From the NCBI GenBank assembly GCA_032718475.1, contig JAUCBJ010005161.1:1-57966 (forward strand): a DNA stretch of 57,966 nt. Reading direction: 5' to 3'. Position 1 is the first letter of the stretch, and every line of letters starts with the position of its first letter. The translations under genes and the position numbers were made by a program. Of the stretch, positions 26,704-38,030 are shown piece after piece. Below the pieces are notes generated by a model. It worked only from the letters and a program-made list of their open reading frames with translations. It was not told the DNA's origin and ran no database searches. The DNA is from Nemertoderma westbladi (lineage: Eukaryota; Animalia; Xenacoelomorpha).

Positions 26704-29700
26704 TTAACAAAAGAAATAAACAGAATCTAATACTTGTTCCAATTGGAAATCGCCTTGTTGAGGAATATATTTAATCACTTGCTGAACTAAAACCTGATCC
26801 GCCGGTTTCATTTGCCGGACTGACAGCTTGATAACAGACTGAGCCAACTGTTCTATAAGGGGCTGTTCGTGGAGCCTTACAAACTGCTCGCGACAAACAC
26901 GGTTCATAGCGTCGACGCTGGTGGCGTGAGTCCAGAAGCAGTCGTGTACCGAGGCAAAGGTAATCCCCCGCCGTTGACAATACAGAGCGGTGAGCATCAT
27001 ATGACAGGAATCCAGACAGTGAATGTAGTTGGGAGGAAAAGCGGTTGCCTGTTTCCTACGATTAGGGGATCCTTTGATGTCTTGAAAATGAAACTTTTGA
27101 AAGTCCCTTTGAAAGTATTGAGTGTATACGGATTCTTGGTTAAAGTAGGGCTGTGTAACGGGCATTCCAAGAGGAGTTATCCATTGCATAGGGATACCTG
27201 AGGCCGCAACTCTACTCGCCAAATCTTTGAACCAATCGCGAATAAATGCGCTCCTGTTAAACATAATATAAATCGAATCGAAGACTCGCCCCACAAGGTA
27301 CAACGAGGCATCGTGACACCGTTCCCTTGGGAACGTCGGTAGATTGGATAGCTGACGTTCAATCTGTAGTTTACCACCGAATCTGGTGACACCGTACACC
27401 GTAGTCATTACTGTCTGTTTCACCACTTTGCGAGTTATGTAGCCTTCTAGAACACGAGCGATTTCCTTGCCGTCAGCGGCGTCCGCCTCTCGAAGCTTCT
27501 CGACGTGACTGGTAACCTCTTGGTAGATGTCCTGCGGGCGGTCTCGCGGCACCATGTTCACGCCGACAGCACCTTTAAAGTCGCGTCCTAAAGCCGCGTA
27601 ATGCTGCAAACCATTGCACGATCCATCCTGGTGTACAGGCAGGTTGGAGACGAACTCGGTTGGGTTCGGACTGCGCACTATCTTGGCCAACTCCAGACAG
27701 CACGCGAGTGCTTGCCACGAATCCTCAGCACTCTGCCACCATCTCCTACCGTCGAAAGGCCTATCAGCAGAGTCGATGACATCATCCATCGAGTTGTTTA
27801 TGAAATCGATACGTTCTCGAATGGAATTCTTCTTAAACTTTCCAGTTAGATTACACAGATGTACCTTCATCCAATCTAGACCATTCCGTCCTAAAGGTTT
27901 ACCTTCGGCGAACAGTAACATACTGCGGGCGATATCGTGCCCCTGGTGGTTGAAATGAGGTGGAGTTGGGTAAACTCGACCACGAAAGTCGACAGTTTGG
28001 GGAAACCAAACCGTTCTAGAACGGTAGTGATTTGCTAAACTTAATCGATAAAGTAAATCTTTATAGAGGCCTAACATTTCCTGGGCTTCCTGCTTTTGTT
28101 TGAGACGCACGGCGTAGTCACTGGACGTTTTCCCAAGTGGAATTTTCTCCATCGATGGTTTAAAATGGGCGGGTGATAAAGGGATGTCGAGTTTCAAATC
28201 GCCACCAGAGGTAAACACCCCAATTAGTATATCCAAAATATCTTGGTTTATCTTCCACGGGATAACGGACAATTGCGTCAAAGAATCAAGCATTGGAAGC
28301 ATACCACCGGATCCTATGGCCTCGTCCACACTACTGGTCTGTAACTCTAGCGTATCCTGTCTGATCAAGGAGAGCGGGTGGAGAATGTATCCCCCGGTAA
28401 AGACGCCTCGCCAAGGTGTTGGTGGTGACAGCATGGGTAAAATCCATGGGGTGTAGGGAAAATACGATAAATTCGCATTGCGAATAATTCTTTGCAAAAG
28501 CGGATGAACTTTAAGGATCCCACGTTTCTTAAAACCTTTCCCGAATGTTGAAGCTGAAATATAGAAATGGTAAAGTAGAGGCATTTTTCTGCCATCGATT
28601 AGTAAATGCATCTTATCGATCATTAAGTGGAGAAGTTTATGCCCAACGTAAATAATAGTAGACGATGGCCACTGACCTTCTGTATCCAGATTACGATATC
28701 CGGCTTCCCGCTCCAGAACCCGCCAAAACTCTCGCGGTAAATACCGCGATTGCAAACCCCTATCCGAGAAATATTCCAAGTATTGCCTGTAAATAGTTTC
28801 AGTGTGAGAATCTGCCCCTGTAGCCACTTTCTTACGAAGTAAGACCCGGTAACAAACCTGGACACCCAGATTAAACGCGAATAGACCTACAGGTACGTCA
28901 CTCACATTGGACCTAAATGTGTCGAGCATAACCTCGACAAGCTCATCTACCTCTAACATATGCATTACACTGTAGGCTTTTGCTTCTTCTACACACTTTG
29001 GAAACTGCCTCGAGTGGTCCCGGATATCTGTAACTGCTCCGATTAAATCTCTCCTCCAACTTTCTTGAAGGCTGTCATATAAATGTCTACTGTGTAACAT
29101 AAGATCGTCGGTTTCTGTTAGTATAGATTTTATATCAATTGAACATGACCTTTCTACGCGTAATTGTTCATTAATGAAATCGTGGCTAGAATAAGTTTGT
29201 GGGGGATTGTCAGAGCTATTCGAATTGTCAGACTTGATACTATAAATTTCGGCTGTTAAGATACTATTTGGAATAATTAGCGGTGTTGGTGGTAATCCTT
29301 TACGTAATCCTAATAATAACGAATTATTAACCTTTTCAACTAAATTTAAAATAGATAGTTTCGTTTTTTCATCAACAAGATCGATGACTTCAGACAGTCT
29401 GTAGCCGTCATCAACCATTTGCCTGAGGCATTTTTTCATTGACTCATAAGCTATGAGTTTTTTGCTATTTAATGAAGACAACTCTAAATATTTAGAACCA
29501 GCGGTTAATAAAATAGCATAAGATGAACGGTTTAGTGAGATTTTAACACTTTTCATTGTCCCAAGTATTTCTCCAATCTTTACAAGGTCATTTCTAGTAG
29601 CCCAATACTCCAACATATGATTACAAATAACAATACTGTTGTGTTTCTCATTGCCATTATTATCATTCAATTGTTCCCGCACATTTGCGATATATTTCTC

Positions 29701-30192
29701 AAACATAAGCTCTGCAGCCGGAAGTAGATTGGAATTAAGAGCGGATACCAAAAGAACTTCTAGAACGGATACTTTCACTATATTGGTGCTGCGATTTACA
29801 GAAACGGCCTCATCCAACCGAGATCCGGGATCGGTAACAGTGGAAGGCTTCGCCAACGTAGGGGCCACTGTAACTCTCTGTAATCGTACACCTACATCAT
29901 CGTATTCGCACACTATCTCTTGGGGCGTTGAGTTTGATTTATCGGAGGACATCAGTTTCACTGTTTTACTGCGTATTAAAGTTCGAGGCGGTAGTCGTCT
30001 GAAATACGCCAACGGTTTCAATTGCCTCATTGGTTTTAACACGGAGCGTTTCTTTTGTGTATCGTTAGCTGTTCGATTGGAAGCTCCAGTTTTGCTAGAC
30101 GCCGATTGTCCATGGCCGCGGTTAGTGTGGAGTGTACGGGTCGTAGTTGAAGCGTATCTAGAGCAACGAAACAAACAATAAAATTCCCTCAT
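26704..30192 (-). CDS. POLRMT: Mitochondrial DNA-directed RNA polymerase (T7-like), single exon, 1162 aa
   Basis: DFRGRVY, PVHQDGSCNGLQHY, RKVVKQTVMTTVYG, PPNYIH..D, SVHDCFWTH, C-terminal YFF; Arg/Ser/Thr-rich N-terminal presequence. Confidence 0.97.
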   Translation of the reverse strand: MREFYCLFRCSRYASTTTRTLHTNRGHGQSASSKTGASNRTANDTQKKRSVLKPMRQLKPLAYFRRLPPRTLIRSKTVKLMSSDKSNSTPQEIVCEYDDVGVRLQRVTVAPTLAKPSTVTDPGSRLDEAVSVNRSTNIVKVSVLEVLLVSALNSNLLPAAELMFEKYIANVREQLNDNNGNEKHNSIVICNHMLEYWATRNDLVKIGEILGTMKSVKISLNRSSYAILLTAGSKYLELSSLNSKKLIAYESMKKCLRQMVDDGYRLSEVIDLVDEKTKLSILNLVEKVNNSLLLGLRKGLPPTPLIIPNSILTAEIYSIKSDNSNSSDNPPQTYSSHDFINEQLRVERSCSIDIKSILTETDDLMLHSRHLYDSLQESWRRDLIGAVTDIRDHSRQFPKCVEEAKAYSVMHMLEVDELVEVMLDTFRSNVSDVPVGLFAFNLGVQVCYRVLLRKKVATGADSHTETIYRQYLEYFSDRGLQSRYLPREFWRVLEREAGYRNLDTEGQWPSSTIIYVGHKLLHLMIDKMHLLIDGRKMPLLYHFYISASTFGKGFKKRGILKVHPLLQRIIRNANLSYFPYTPWILPMLSPPTPWRGVFTGGYILHPLSLIRQDTLELQTSSVDEAIGSGGMLPMLDSLTQLSVIPWKINQDILDILIGVFTSGGDLKLDIPLSPAHFKPSMEKIPLGKTSSDYAVRLKQKQEAQEMLGLYKDLLYRLSLANHYRSRTVWFPQTVDFRGRVYPTPPHFNHQGHDIARSMLLFAEGKPLGRNGLDWMKVHLCNLTGKFKKNSIRERIDFINNSMDDVIDSADRPFDGRRWWQSAEDSWQALACCLELAKIVRSPNPTEFVSNLPVHQDGSCNGLQHYAALGRDFKGAVGVNMVPRDRPQDIYQEVTSHVEKLREADAADGKEIARVLEGYITRKVVKQTVMTTVYGVTRFGGKLQIERQLSNLPTFPRERCHDASLYLVGRVFDSIYIMFNRSAFIRDWFKDLASRVAASGIPMQWITPLGMPVTQPYFNQESVYTQYFQRDFQKFHFQDIKGSPNRRKQATAFPPNYIHCLDSCHMMLTALYCQRRGITFASVHDCFWTHATSVDAMNRVCREQFVRLHEQPLIEQLAQSVIKLSVRQMKPADQVLVQQVIKYIPQQGDFQLEQVLDSVYFFC

Positions 30193-30496
30193 GTTTCTGT
30201 TTAGCTGTAGCCTATATCTGCATATCTCCGATTAAAGATTACATTTTAAAATGTCAACAATTCCTCAGTGGTATGTTTATGTGAGCACGTATTTCATAAT
30301 GAAAGATGTCCATAAATATTTAAAAATCAGCATACTCGGTACTCCTTCCAACTTCAGTTCAGCCTTGCCTACGGCTACGATAGTACATGTAGTACAACAG
30401 TACGACCTACTGTCAGACTGCATGACTCGTACTGTCGTACAGCTGTATTACAGTATTACTGTATTACAGTATTATAGAATTACCTTACTGCCTTTT

Positions 30497-31469
30497 GGGG
30501 TGAAACTTTTCCACGTATGCCGTACGTATCCACGTATGTGCGTGCGTACGTAATACGTATCCATTACGTTAAGTATCTGAGTATTGCAGTATTGAGCCAT
30601 TTGACATACGCGTATCCATCTGTCCATACGTCTGTACGTGTAGGCTAATAACTACACACTGACACAAAATAACTCAAAACAATTCTAATTTTTACTTTTT
30701 TCAAATCGATGATTGTTTTGGTTCCTTCTGGCTTGGCTACCACTGTATCCGGCTCCTTTACTTTTTATATTTTTTTTGTGTTTTGGCTGTTGCTGTTTGA
30801 TGTGATTTGCTATCATTTTGTCATTCGGCCAGTTCAGCAGTTCTGTGTGATTTGGTTTGGTGTGATTTGGTTTTGTGATTATTTTTTGTGATTCTGTGAT
30901 TTGGTTTGTGATTTGTTGTGATTTGGGTGTGATCTGTTGTGATTTGCAGATTTGGGTGTTTAGACGGACCCTTTTCAGCTTTTTAAACACATTTGATAGA
31001 TCGTGATTCCATTACCTTTTCGGGAATAGTCTGATAGTATTTCTGTATTTGGTATTTCAACTAAATCGTATCTAAACGGCAACGAAAAGTATTTCCAGTC
31101 ACCAGTTGTTTCCGCTTTTTAGCATATATTTGTACCTACCGGGCCAATGGGCTCCATGTCGAATCTAATTTAATTTAACTTAGGCCTAAACATTATTTGC
31201 ATGCCATTTATGTGTCTCTCGTATCTCACCTGTCAGCCTGCAGGCCTGGCACCTGGGGCCTGGCTGCGTGGACCAATCTTGCAATCAGCAAACAGTATTC
31301 AGTATTCGCCTACGCGTATGCATACGCGTGTGTCAAATCGCTCAATGTAATGCTGCAATGTATAGATACATGGATCATGGATCAGTGGTGGATACGTACT
31401 GACGTACAGACGTACAGCTGTACAGGGTACAGAAGTACGCATACGCACATACGTGGAAAAGTTTATGCC
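30497..31469. mobile_element. Old Mutator-like element with ~150-bp degenerate TIRs, upstream of POLRMT
   Basis: aaacttttccacgtatg / catacgtggaaaagttt plus further matching blocks (attgagc.atttgaca.acgcgtat); actgcctttt at 30487-96 and 31474-83. Confidence 0.75.
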
Positions 31470-31951
31470 TAACACTGCCTTTTGTACCTGTACAGCTGCA
31501 GGCTGTACCTTACTGCTGTACATCGGTACTGCAGTACGCTACCGTCAACCGTACTCGGTATCGGTACTCCTGTACTCTGATACTGCTTTACGGCTGTACC
31601 GGTACTGCGATAGCCATTGATAGCACATTGAAGCTGCATATTGAGATGCAATGCTGACTTGACAAAAATATTTTTGGCACCACCGTGCAATCCACATTCC
31701 ACAATTGGCATGGCCCAGTGCAACGTGCATTAAGAATGCTATGCGGGGTTATCAACAAAATTACAAAATCCTATACAATTAAATTCTATACAAAATAATT
31801 CATTTATTGTTTTACCGTTACCGTTACTGGATTTTATTATATATTAAATATGTATATTTTATTAGGGCTATATCTATTAAAATATATTTATTTTTATTTA
31901 TTCAATAGAATATGGTAAACCTATTGAAATAAATGAAGGTCCAGAAGGGGG

Positions 31952-32614
31952 AAGTAATGACAACCAAAGCGACGACAATGAAAGTAATGACAGCCAAAGC
32001 GACGACAATGAAAGTAATGACAACCAAAGCGACGACAATGAAAGTAATGACAACCAAAGCGACGACAATGAAAGTAATGACAACCAAAGCGACGACAATG
32101 AAAGTAATGACAACCAAAGCGACGACAATGAAAGTAATTACAACCAAAGCGACGACAATGAAAGTAATGACAACCAAAGCGACGACAATGAAAGTAATTA
32201 CAACCAAAGCGACGACAATGAAAGTAATGACAACCAAAGCGACGACAATGAAAGTAATGACAGCCAAAGCGACGACAATGAAAGTAATGACAACCAAAGC
32301 GACGACAATGAAAGTAATGACAACCAAAGCGACGACAATGAAAGTAATGACAACCAAAGCGACGACAATGAAAGTAATGACAACCAAAGCGACGACAATG
32401 AAAGTAATTACAACCAAAGCGACGACAATGAAAGTAATGACAACCAAAGCGACGACAATGAAAGTAATTACAACCAAAGCGACGACAATGAAAGTAATGA
32501 CAACCAAAGCGACGACAATGAAAGTAATGACAACCAAAGCGACGACAATGAAAGTAATGACAACCAAAGCGACGACAATGAAAGTAATGACAACCAAAGC
32601 GACGACAATGAAAG
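31952..32614 (+). repeat. 30-bp tandem repeat, ~22 copies; reads ESNDNQSDDN in the splice-consistent frame
   Basis: gaaagtaatgacaaccaaagcgacgacaat repeated. Confidence 0.95.
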
Positions 32615-32907
32615 TGTGCTTAATGATAATGAAATATACGATAGTGAAGTTGAATTTAGTCAAAATCCATTTCGACGGCGATCCCTTCTGCATCTGACTG
32701 ACATATACCTTAGAGAAAAGAGATAGCAACAAGAAATAGCGGAAACTTCTGGTGGTTAGTTAAAACAGTAGGCCTAAACTAAATAGTTTTATGATTGATA
32801 TTAGACTAATCAGAAAAATATTTTATTTTTAATTCGCTCAATTTGCAAGATGATGATGATCGGCCTGAAACTCATTGGCAATTCTTACCAATAAGATGCC
32901 ACAGCAG

Positions 32908-33070
32908 TTGTGTAAATGATGATCCTGCCAGCGCAACCACAGCACAAGGTTGTGTAAATGATGATCCTGCCATCGCAACCACAGCACAAGGTTGTCTAAA
33001 TGATGATCCTGCCAGCGCAACCACAGCAAAAGGTTGTGTAAATGATGATCCTGCCAGCGCAAACACTGCC
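32908..33070 (+). repeat. 42-bp coding tandem repeat x4 (CVNDDPASATTAQG)
   Basis: ORF 32843-33103. Confidence 0.85.
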
Positions 33071-35038
33071 CAGCAAGCTCCCTCCGGTGTCTCTGCAGGG
33101 TGATGGTGAGTCTTGATAATGATATGTTGCAATAGTTATATAGAACCTCCATGCTTAATGACCAAGTGCTCAATTATCAAGTTTATAGTACATTGAAAGG
33201 TACATATGTTTTGAACTGTTGTAAAATATGTGCCTTTTTAAATTTTTAATTAACAAATTACCTATGTATGTACTGTAGCAAAACAAATTAATGTAAAATA
33301 TTTACAATAACCCAAACTGTACTTGTGCTTATTTTTTTCCATTGGGTAAGGATCTATTCCATTACTTTGGATTGGATCGTGCCCCGGTCCACAATCCGCC
33401 GCTAACGTTTTAAATTTTATAATTAATTTTATAATGGGTGGGGGGGGGGGGGGGGGGGACTCTACATGCCACTACTGTAATCTTCTCATTTCCTTCAGGA
33501 GTTCAATAGTACAATATTTGTAATCACAGTAACTCACTATGCTATGGAGGCAATATAATCAAATACTGAGCTGTTCAATTTATTTTGTAGCACTATATGG
33601 CTCTATCTTTTATTATATAGTACAATTATGCAATACTTGGGAAAAATCGTAAATTTTTTTCAACATTCTCTTGACCATTTATACCATCTCTCTCCAAATT
33701 GCTCCGGGGGTTTGGTAACATTTAAAATCTATTAGGGCCTGTAGATTTTAGCCCATAAACCTAATTCTGAAAATATGGTGTTTGGGTCATTTTGAAATTA
33801 AGCTGTCGATAATATACTCGAATTATAATTAATATTTATATTATTTTTTTAATATTTTATTTCAGATCCAGATTGTGATGTTAGGAGAATCAACAAAAAC
33901 CCAACAATACCAACTTTAATAAATGAAGACGACCCAGACTGGATACCTCCTAGATCCCAAAAATCCGTTCATAAAAATAAGAAACAAAATAATGATCTGA
34001 TTTCTTCTCTCGATGATACACTTCCGGTCGCAGGCACTGCTTCTCTAAATACGTGTGGACCACCTCAATCTCCATCTCTATTCAGCAACAGCAGTGGATT
34101 TGATTCATCAGATTCGGATACTGGGGGTCTGGGGCTAGGCCTAAATCTTTTGAAACTAAAAGAAGGACTATTAAGTGCCCTATTGTTGATTGCAATTCGT
34201 GTATTGTAAATCTACCTCGACATTTGCGAACGAAACATAAAATAGGGGGGAAATCGAGTGTACAAATGGTACAAATGGTGAAATGGTACTGAATGAATGA
34301 TTCAAAGCGCTACGAAGTACCTATTAAAACAGAACTTAGTGGTTCAGGTTCTATGGGGAAATTCCCCTTCACGGATGAATTTACTAATTATTTAAATGGC
34401 CCCCTTTCACCTATGAAAGATGATTTTTCAAGAAATCAGACCATAACTTTTGTTAATACTTTTTATAAGTATGTTAGAGTTGCGTTCAATCGTCAGCCAA
34501 ATGTTGGGGAACTTATTTCGAAATCCGTTATTCTCAAATGTTATGAATTTTTACAATGTGATGAAATTCGCGGTAGACCTAATCAAGTTCGACAAATAAC
34601 ATCATTACTTGTTTACGTTCAGAAAATTATTATTTTTTTTACGTTTCTTATTGGATATTCTGAAGAATTCCAAATCAACCTAAATCGCGCAATGAAAGCT
34701 AAAACCTTAGCGGAACAAATACAGTCAAGTCAAAAAAAAGAACTCAAAACGCATGCATTCGCAACGAATACTAAGGCATCTAGGTTGATGCCAACACGCA
34801 AAGAATTTCAGGAGTTCAGTAATTCCGAAAAAGCTAAGAAAATACAGTAAGGACGGAATTGGAGAACTTGTAATATTATACACGTGATAAAACCTGGGAG
34901 CTGCAAACATACTTGATGGCAGAAATTATAAATAGAAATGGCTCCCGCCATGGTGCATTGGAGAATATGACGAAACAAGAATTTCGCGAAGCAGAAATAG
35001 ATACTAAAGGTAGGAAATGTATACTCGTTAAAAAACAC

Positions 35039-38030
35039 TACTACTAGGATCGGCATGCTGCATTGCAGCTGCATTTTTAAGAATGCTGTGCCGGCTTATC
35101 GACAAAATTGCACCGCCACAACTCCCTATCACCCATGACATTTGCTAGATCATCCACATCTTCAAGGCCAGTGTCCTTTATGATGCGTCTCAAGAAAGTC
35201 ATGGGCTGTCCACCATGCTTATTAACTCCATGAGGCTGCCAAAGTACAAGATTATGCACAGGCTGGTCCTCACGGCGAAAGCAATGTCCTGCAAAGCGGA
35301 GGCGATTTTGTTCTAGTGTCAAGCTTGAGGGAACCAATGAGACACCTCCAATGTTATATAGTGTCTGGTTGGAGATGTGTGCATTGAACTTGACACAATG
35401 AACCCGGCGTAGCATTCTTGTGAATGTGCCATCCAGAGATTTGGTGTCCTCAGCAGTTAGAGCCCAGCATGGACTCCCATAGATGAGTACTGGAACTACT
35501 GCTGCTCTAAATAACCGGACCTTATGTTTCCGATTAATTCTCGGTGACTTCCAAATCCTGGAAAGCCTATTTAAGGCTGCCCATGCCTTTCCCTTACGTA
35601 TTCGAAGGTCCTCGCCTGACTTCCGGAACCATGATCCCAGGTAACAGAAGTCATCCACATGCTCAAGCATACCATCTTTTGAGCTTATGCTCATCCGATC
35701 AGAGACTTGCTGAGGACTTTCAAAGTTAACTGTCCAAATTTTGGTCTTTCTGGAGTTAATAAAAAGACCAACACTAGAAGCAGCATGTTCTAATGAGCTG
35801 AGGAGCCGTTGGGCTCCCTCTAGTGATTCTGAGAGTACTCCTAAGTCATCAGCAAAGTCTAGATCAGTTAGGTACTTGGCAGGATTTCCTCGACTTCTGG
35901 AGCCAGTAGGTGGAGTTATCATCACCCCATCATCATTATGATGATCTAAGGACATGCGTAGAACATAGTCAACAACAATTATGAACAAGAATGGTGCAAG
36001 TGTCTCTCCCTGGAGGACGCCCCATAACACTTCAAATGGTTCTGTGTCACCGTCAACAGTAGACACAAATGTTGTCGAACCATCGTATACTGATCTGATT
36101 GCTGCAATAATTTCATCAGGAATCCCATATAATGAAAGTATGCTGAACATACGTGAGCGAGAGACTGAATCAAAGGCCTTGAAGAAGTCAACAAAGATAA
36201 CAGCCAGATGCCTGTCTTTCTTTTTTGATAACTCTTCAATTATCCTTCTAAGTGCCAAAATGGGCTCCATGGTCCCACGACCTTTACGGAACCCATTCTG
36301 ATTTCCACGGAGCAGTCTCTCAATGGGATCTCTGATGCGATTTCATAGAATTCTATTGTATAGCTTTGCAGCAATTGAGATCAATGAGATTCCCCGAAAA
36401 GAACCATAGAGTGTTAGGTTGCCCTTCTTGGGAACTGGCACCAACTTATTTGTTTTCATTTCTTGTGGGACTCTTGTTGTACGGTACATGTCTACTATGA
36501 TGGGATAGATGAGCTATAGATGGAGGGATAGATCAGGGGGAACACCATCTACTCCACTGGCACGATTGGTCTTAATGCTCTTTGCAGCAGCCTTCACTTC
36601 TGCAAAGGAGATATCACCAATGGGAATATCTGGGAGTACAGACTCAGACACTTTTACTTCTATAAAGTTATCAGGCAATACCCTGTCATTATTGAGGAGC
36701 TTTTCAAAGTGGGCCTTCCAACCATTGAGGCCATCGGCTGGTGATTCAGCCTTAACCTTGGTGGTTGGTTGGCTTTTCCGACCAGCAAGCAAGTTGATCG
36801 ATCTCCATGCCTGGGATGATTGCCTGCTGTCGTCAGCATCATTGATGGCATCAACCTGTTGGTTTATTAGCTCCTGTAAATTAACCGAGTACTGCCTGTT
36901 CAGGGACCTAGATGCAGCCTTAACTGCAATTCTTGGCCGCTGTAGTCTGTTTGAGTCGGGACTCTTTCTGCGCCTTGTAGAGGTCATTTCGGCACTTCTG
37001 AATTTTGTTGTCAGTCCAGGGGGCCCGTTTCCTGTTTCGAGGGTATACAGGAACTGTTTCTGCAGCTGCTAACTTAACTGCCTCTGTGAAGGCAGTATAG
37101 CCCTCACAGTGATCTGCCGCCTCAGAGGCAAGAGCCTCATACCTGTTGCTCAGCTGTAGTGTGAAGCTGGATCTCACACTTGGCTGTTGCAACAGAGACG
37201 ACCAGTCATGCCGCGTCAAGGCAGATTTCGTTGTTCTGCTAGCACGCAGACTAAGTCTTACCTTGGCCACAATAAGGCGGTGATCGCTGGAGAAGGGTCG
37301 TAGTTTAAATGCATTACAGTCTTGCATAGAGCTCCTGTATTTCCTACGAAACAGGATATGGTCTATCTGGGACTTGTGACCACTGGGTCCACAATGCGTC
37401 CATAGCTTTCCAGTTCGCTTCTTGAACTGGGTTCCAGCCGAAAACAATCCATTTCCAGAGATAAAATCCTGAAGATGGACGGAATTTCGGTTAACACTAT
37501 TGCTATAGACCCAGGGCGATGTAGGTGATTGATGCAGACTTGTATTAAAGTCTCCCAGGAATGTTAAGAATGCATGCTGATCCACTCCATCAGTAGCTGC
37601 TTGTAGATTCTGGTAGAAATTTTCCACCTCCTCTACAGGGGCATCACTAGTTGGAGAGTAGCACACAATCAGAACCACCTTAGGAAACTTCTTAGCCAGT
37701 CTTCCAGAACATGAGAAGTGGCAACGGATGATGCGGTTAGAGATTTGGTCTATTTTGTCCAATGCTGCATGTGCAGTTGGATTCATCAATAGACCAATTC
37801 CACCATTGCCACTATCATCTGCTGAAGCGAGGGCGAGTCGCCCACCGCCCCCCCCCCCCCCCCCATGTCCTTAATCAGAACCTCATCAGTCTGTCCAGTC
37901 TGCATTCGGTGCTCTTGAACACCCACTGCACTAAGAGAAAGCTTATCTGCCAAGGCAGTCAGCTCACCTTCAGTCGCATTGGGGACCCGAGTGTTAGGGT
38001 GTTTACTGAGGCTAGTCTCAGCACATTTGT
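35039..38030 (-). mobile_element. RTE-clade non-LTR retrotransposon, 5'-truncated and frameshifted, 12-bp TSD
   Basis: APE motifs (CYSPT, LGDFN, QIDHIL, SDHRL) and RT motifs (FVDFFKAFDSV, GVLQG, DFADD); TAGTAGTA 3' tail; TSD gttaaaaaacac at 35027-38 and 38031-42. Confidence 0.93.

Noticed and set aside
26704-30192. Phage or viral T7-type RNA polymerase insertion
   Set aside because: Long N-terminal extension, presequence and animal POLRMT-type motifs; no viral neighbours
31902-32732. ORFs KVMTTKATTM and VITFIVVALV as real proteins
   Set aside because: Alternative frames of a stop-free 30-bp repeat; the splice context favours the ESNDNQSDDN frame
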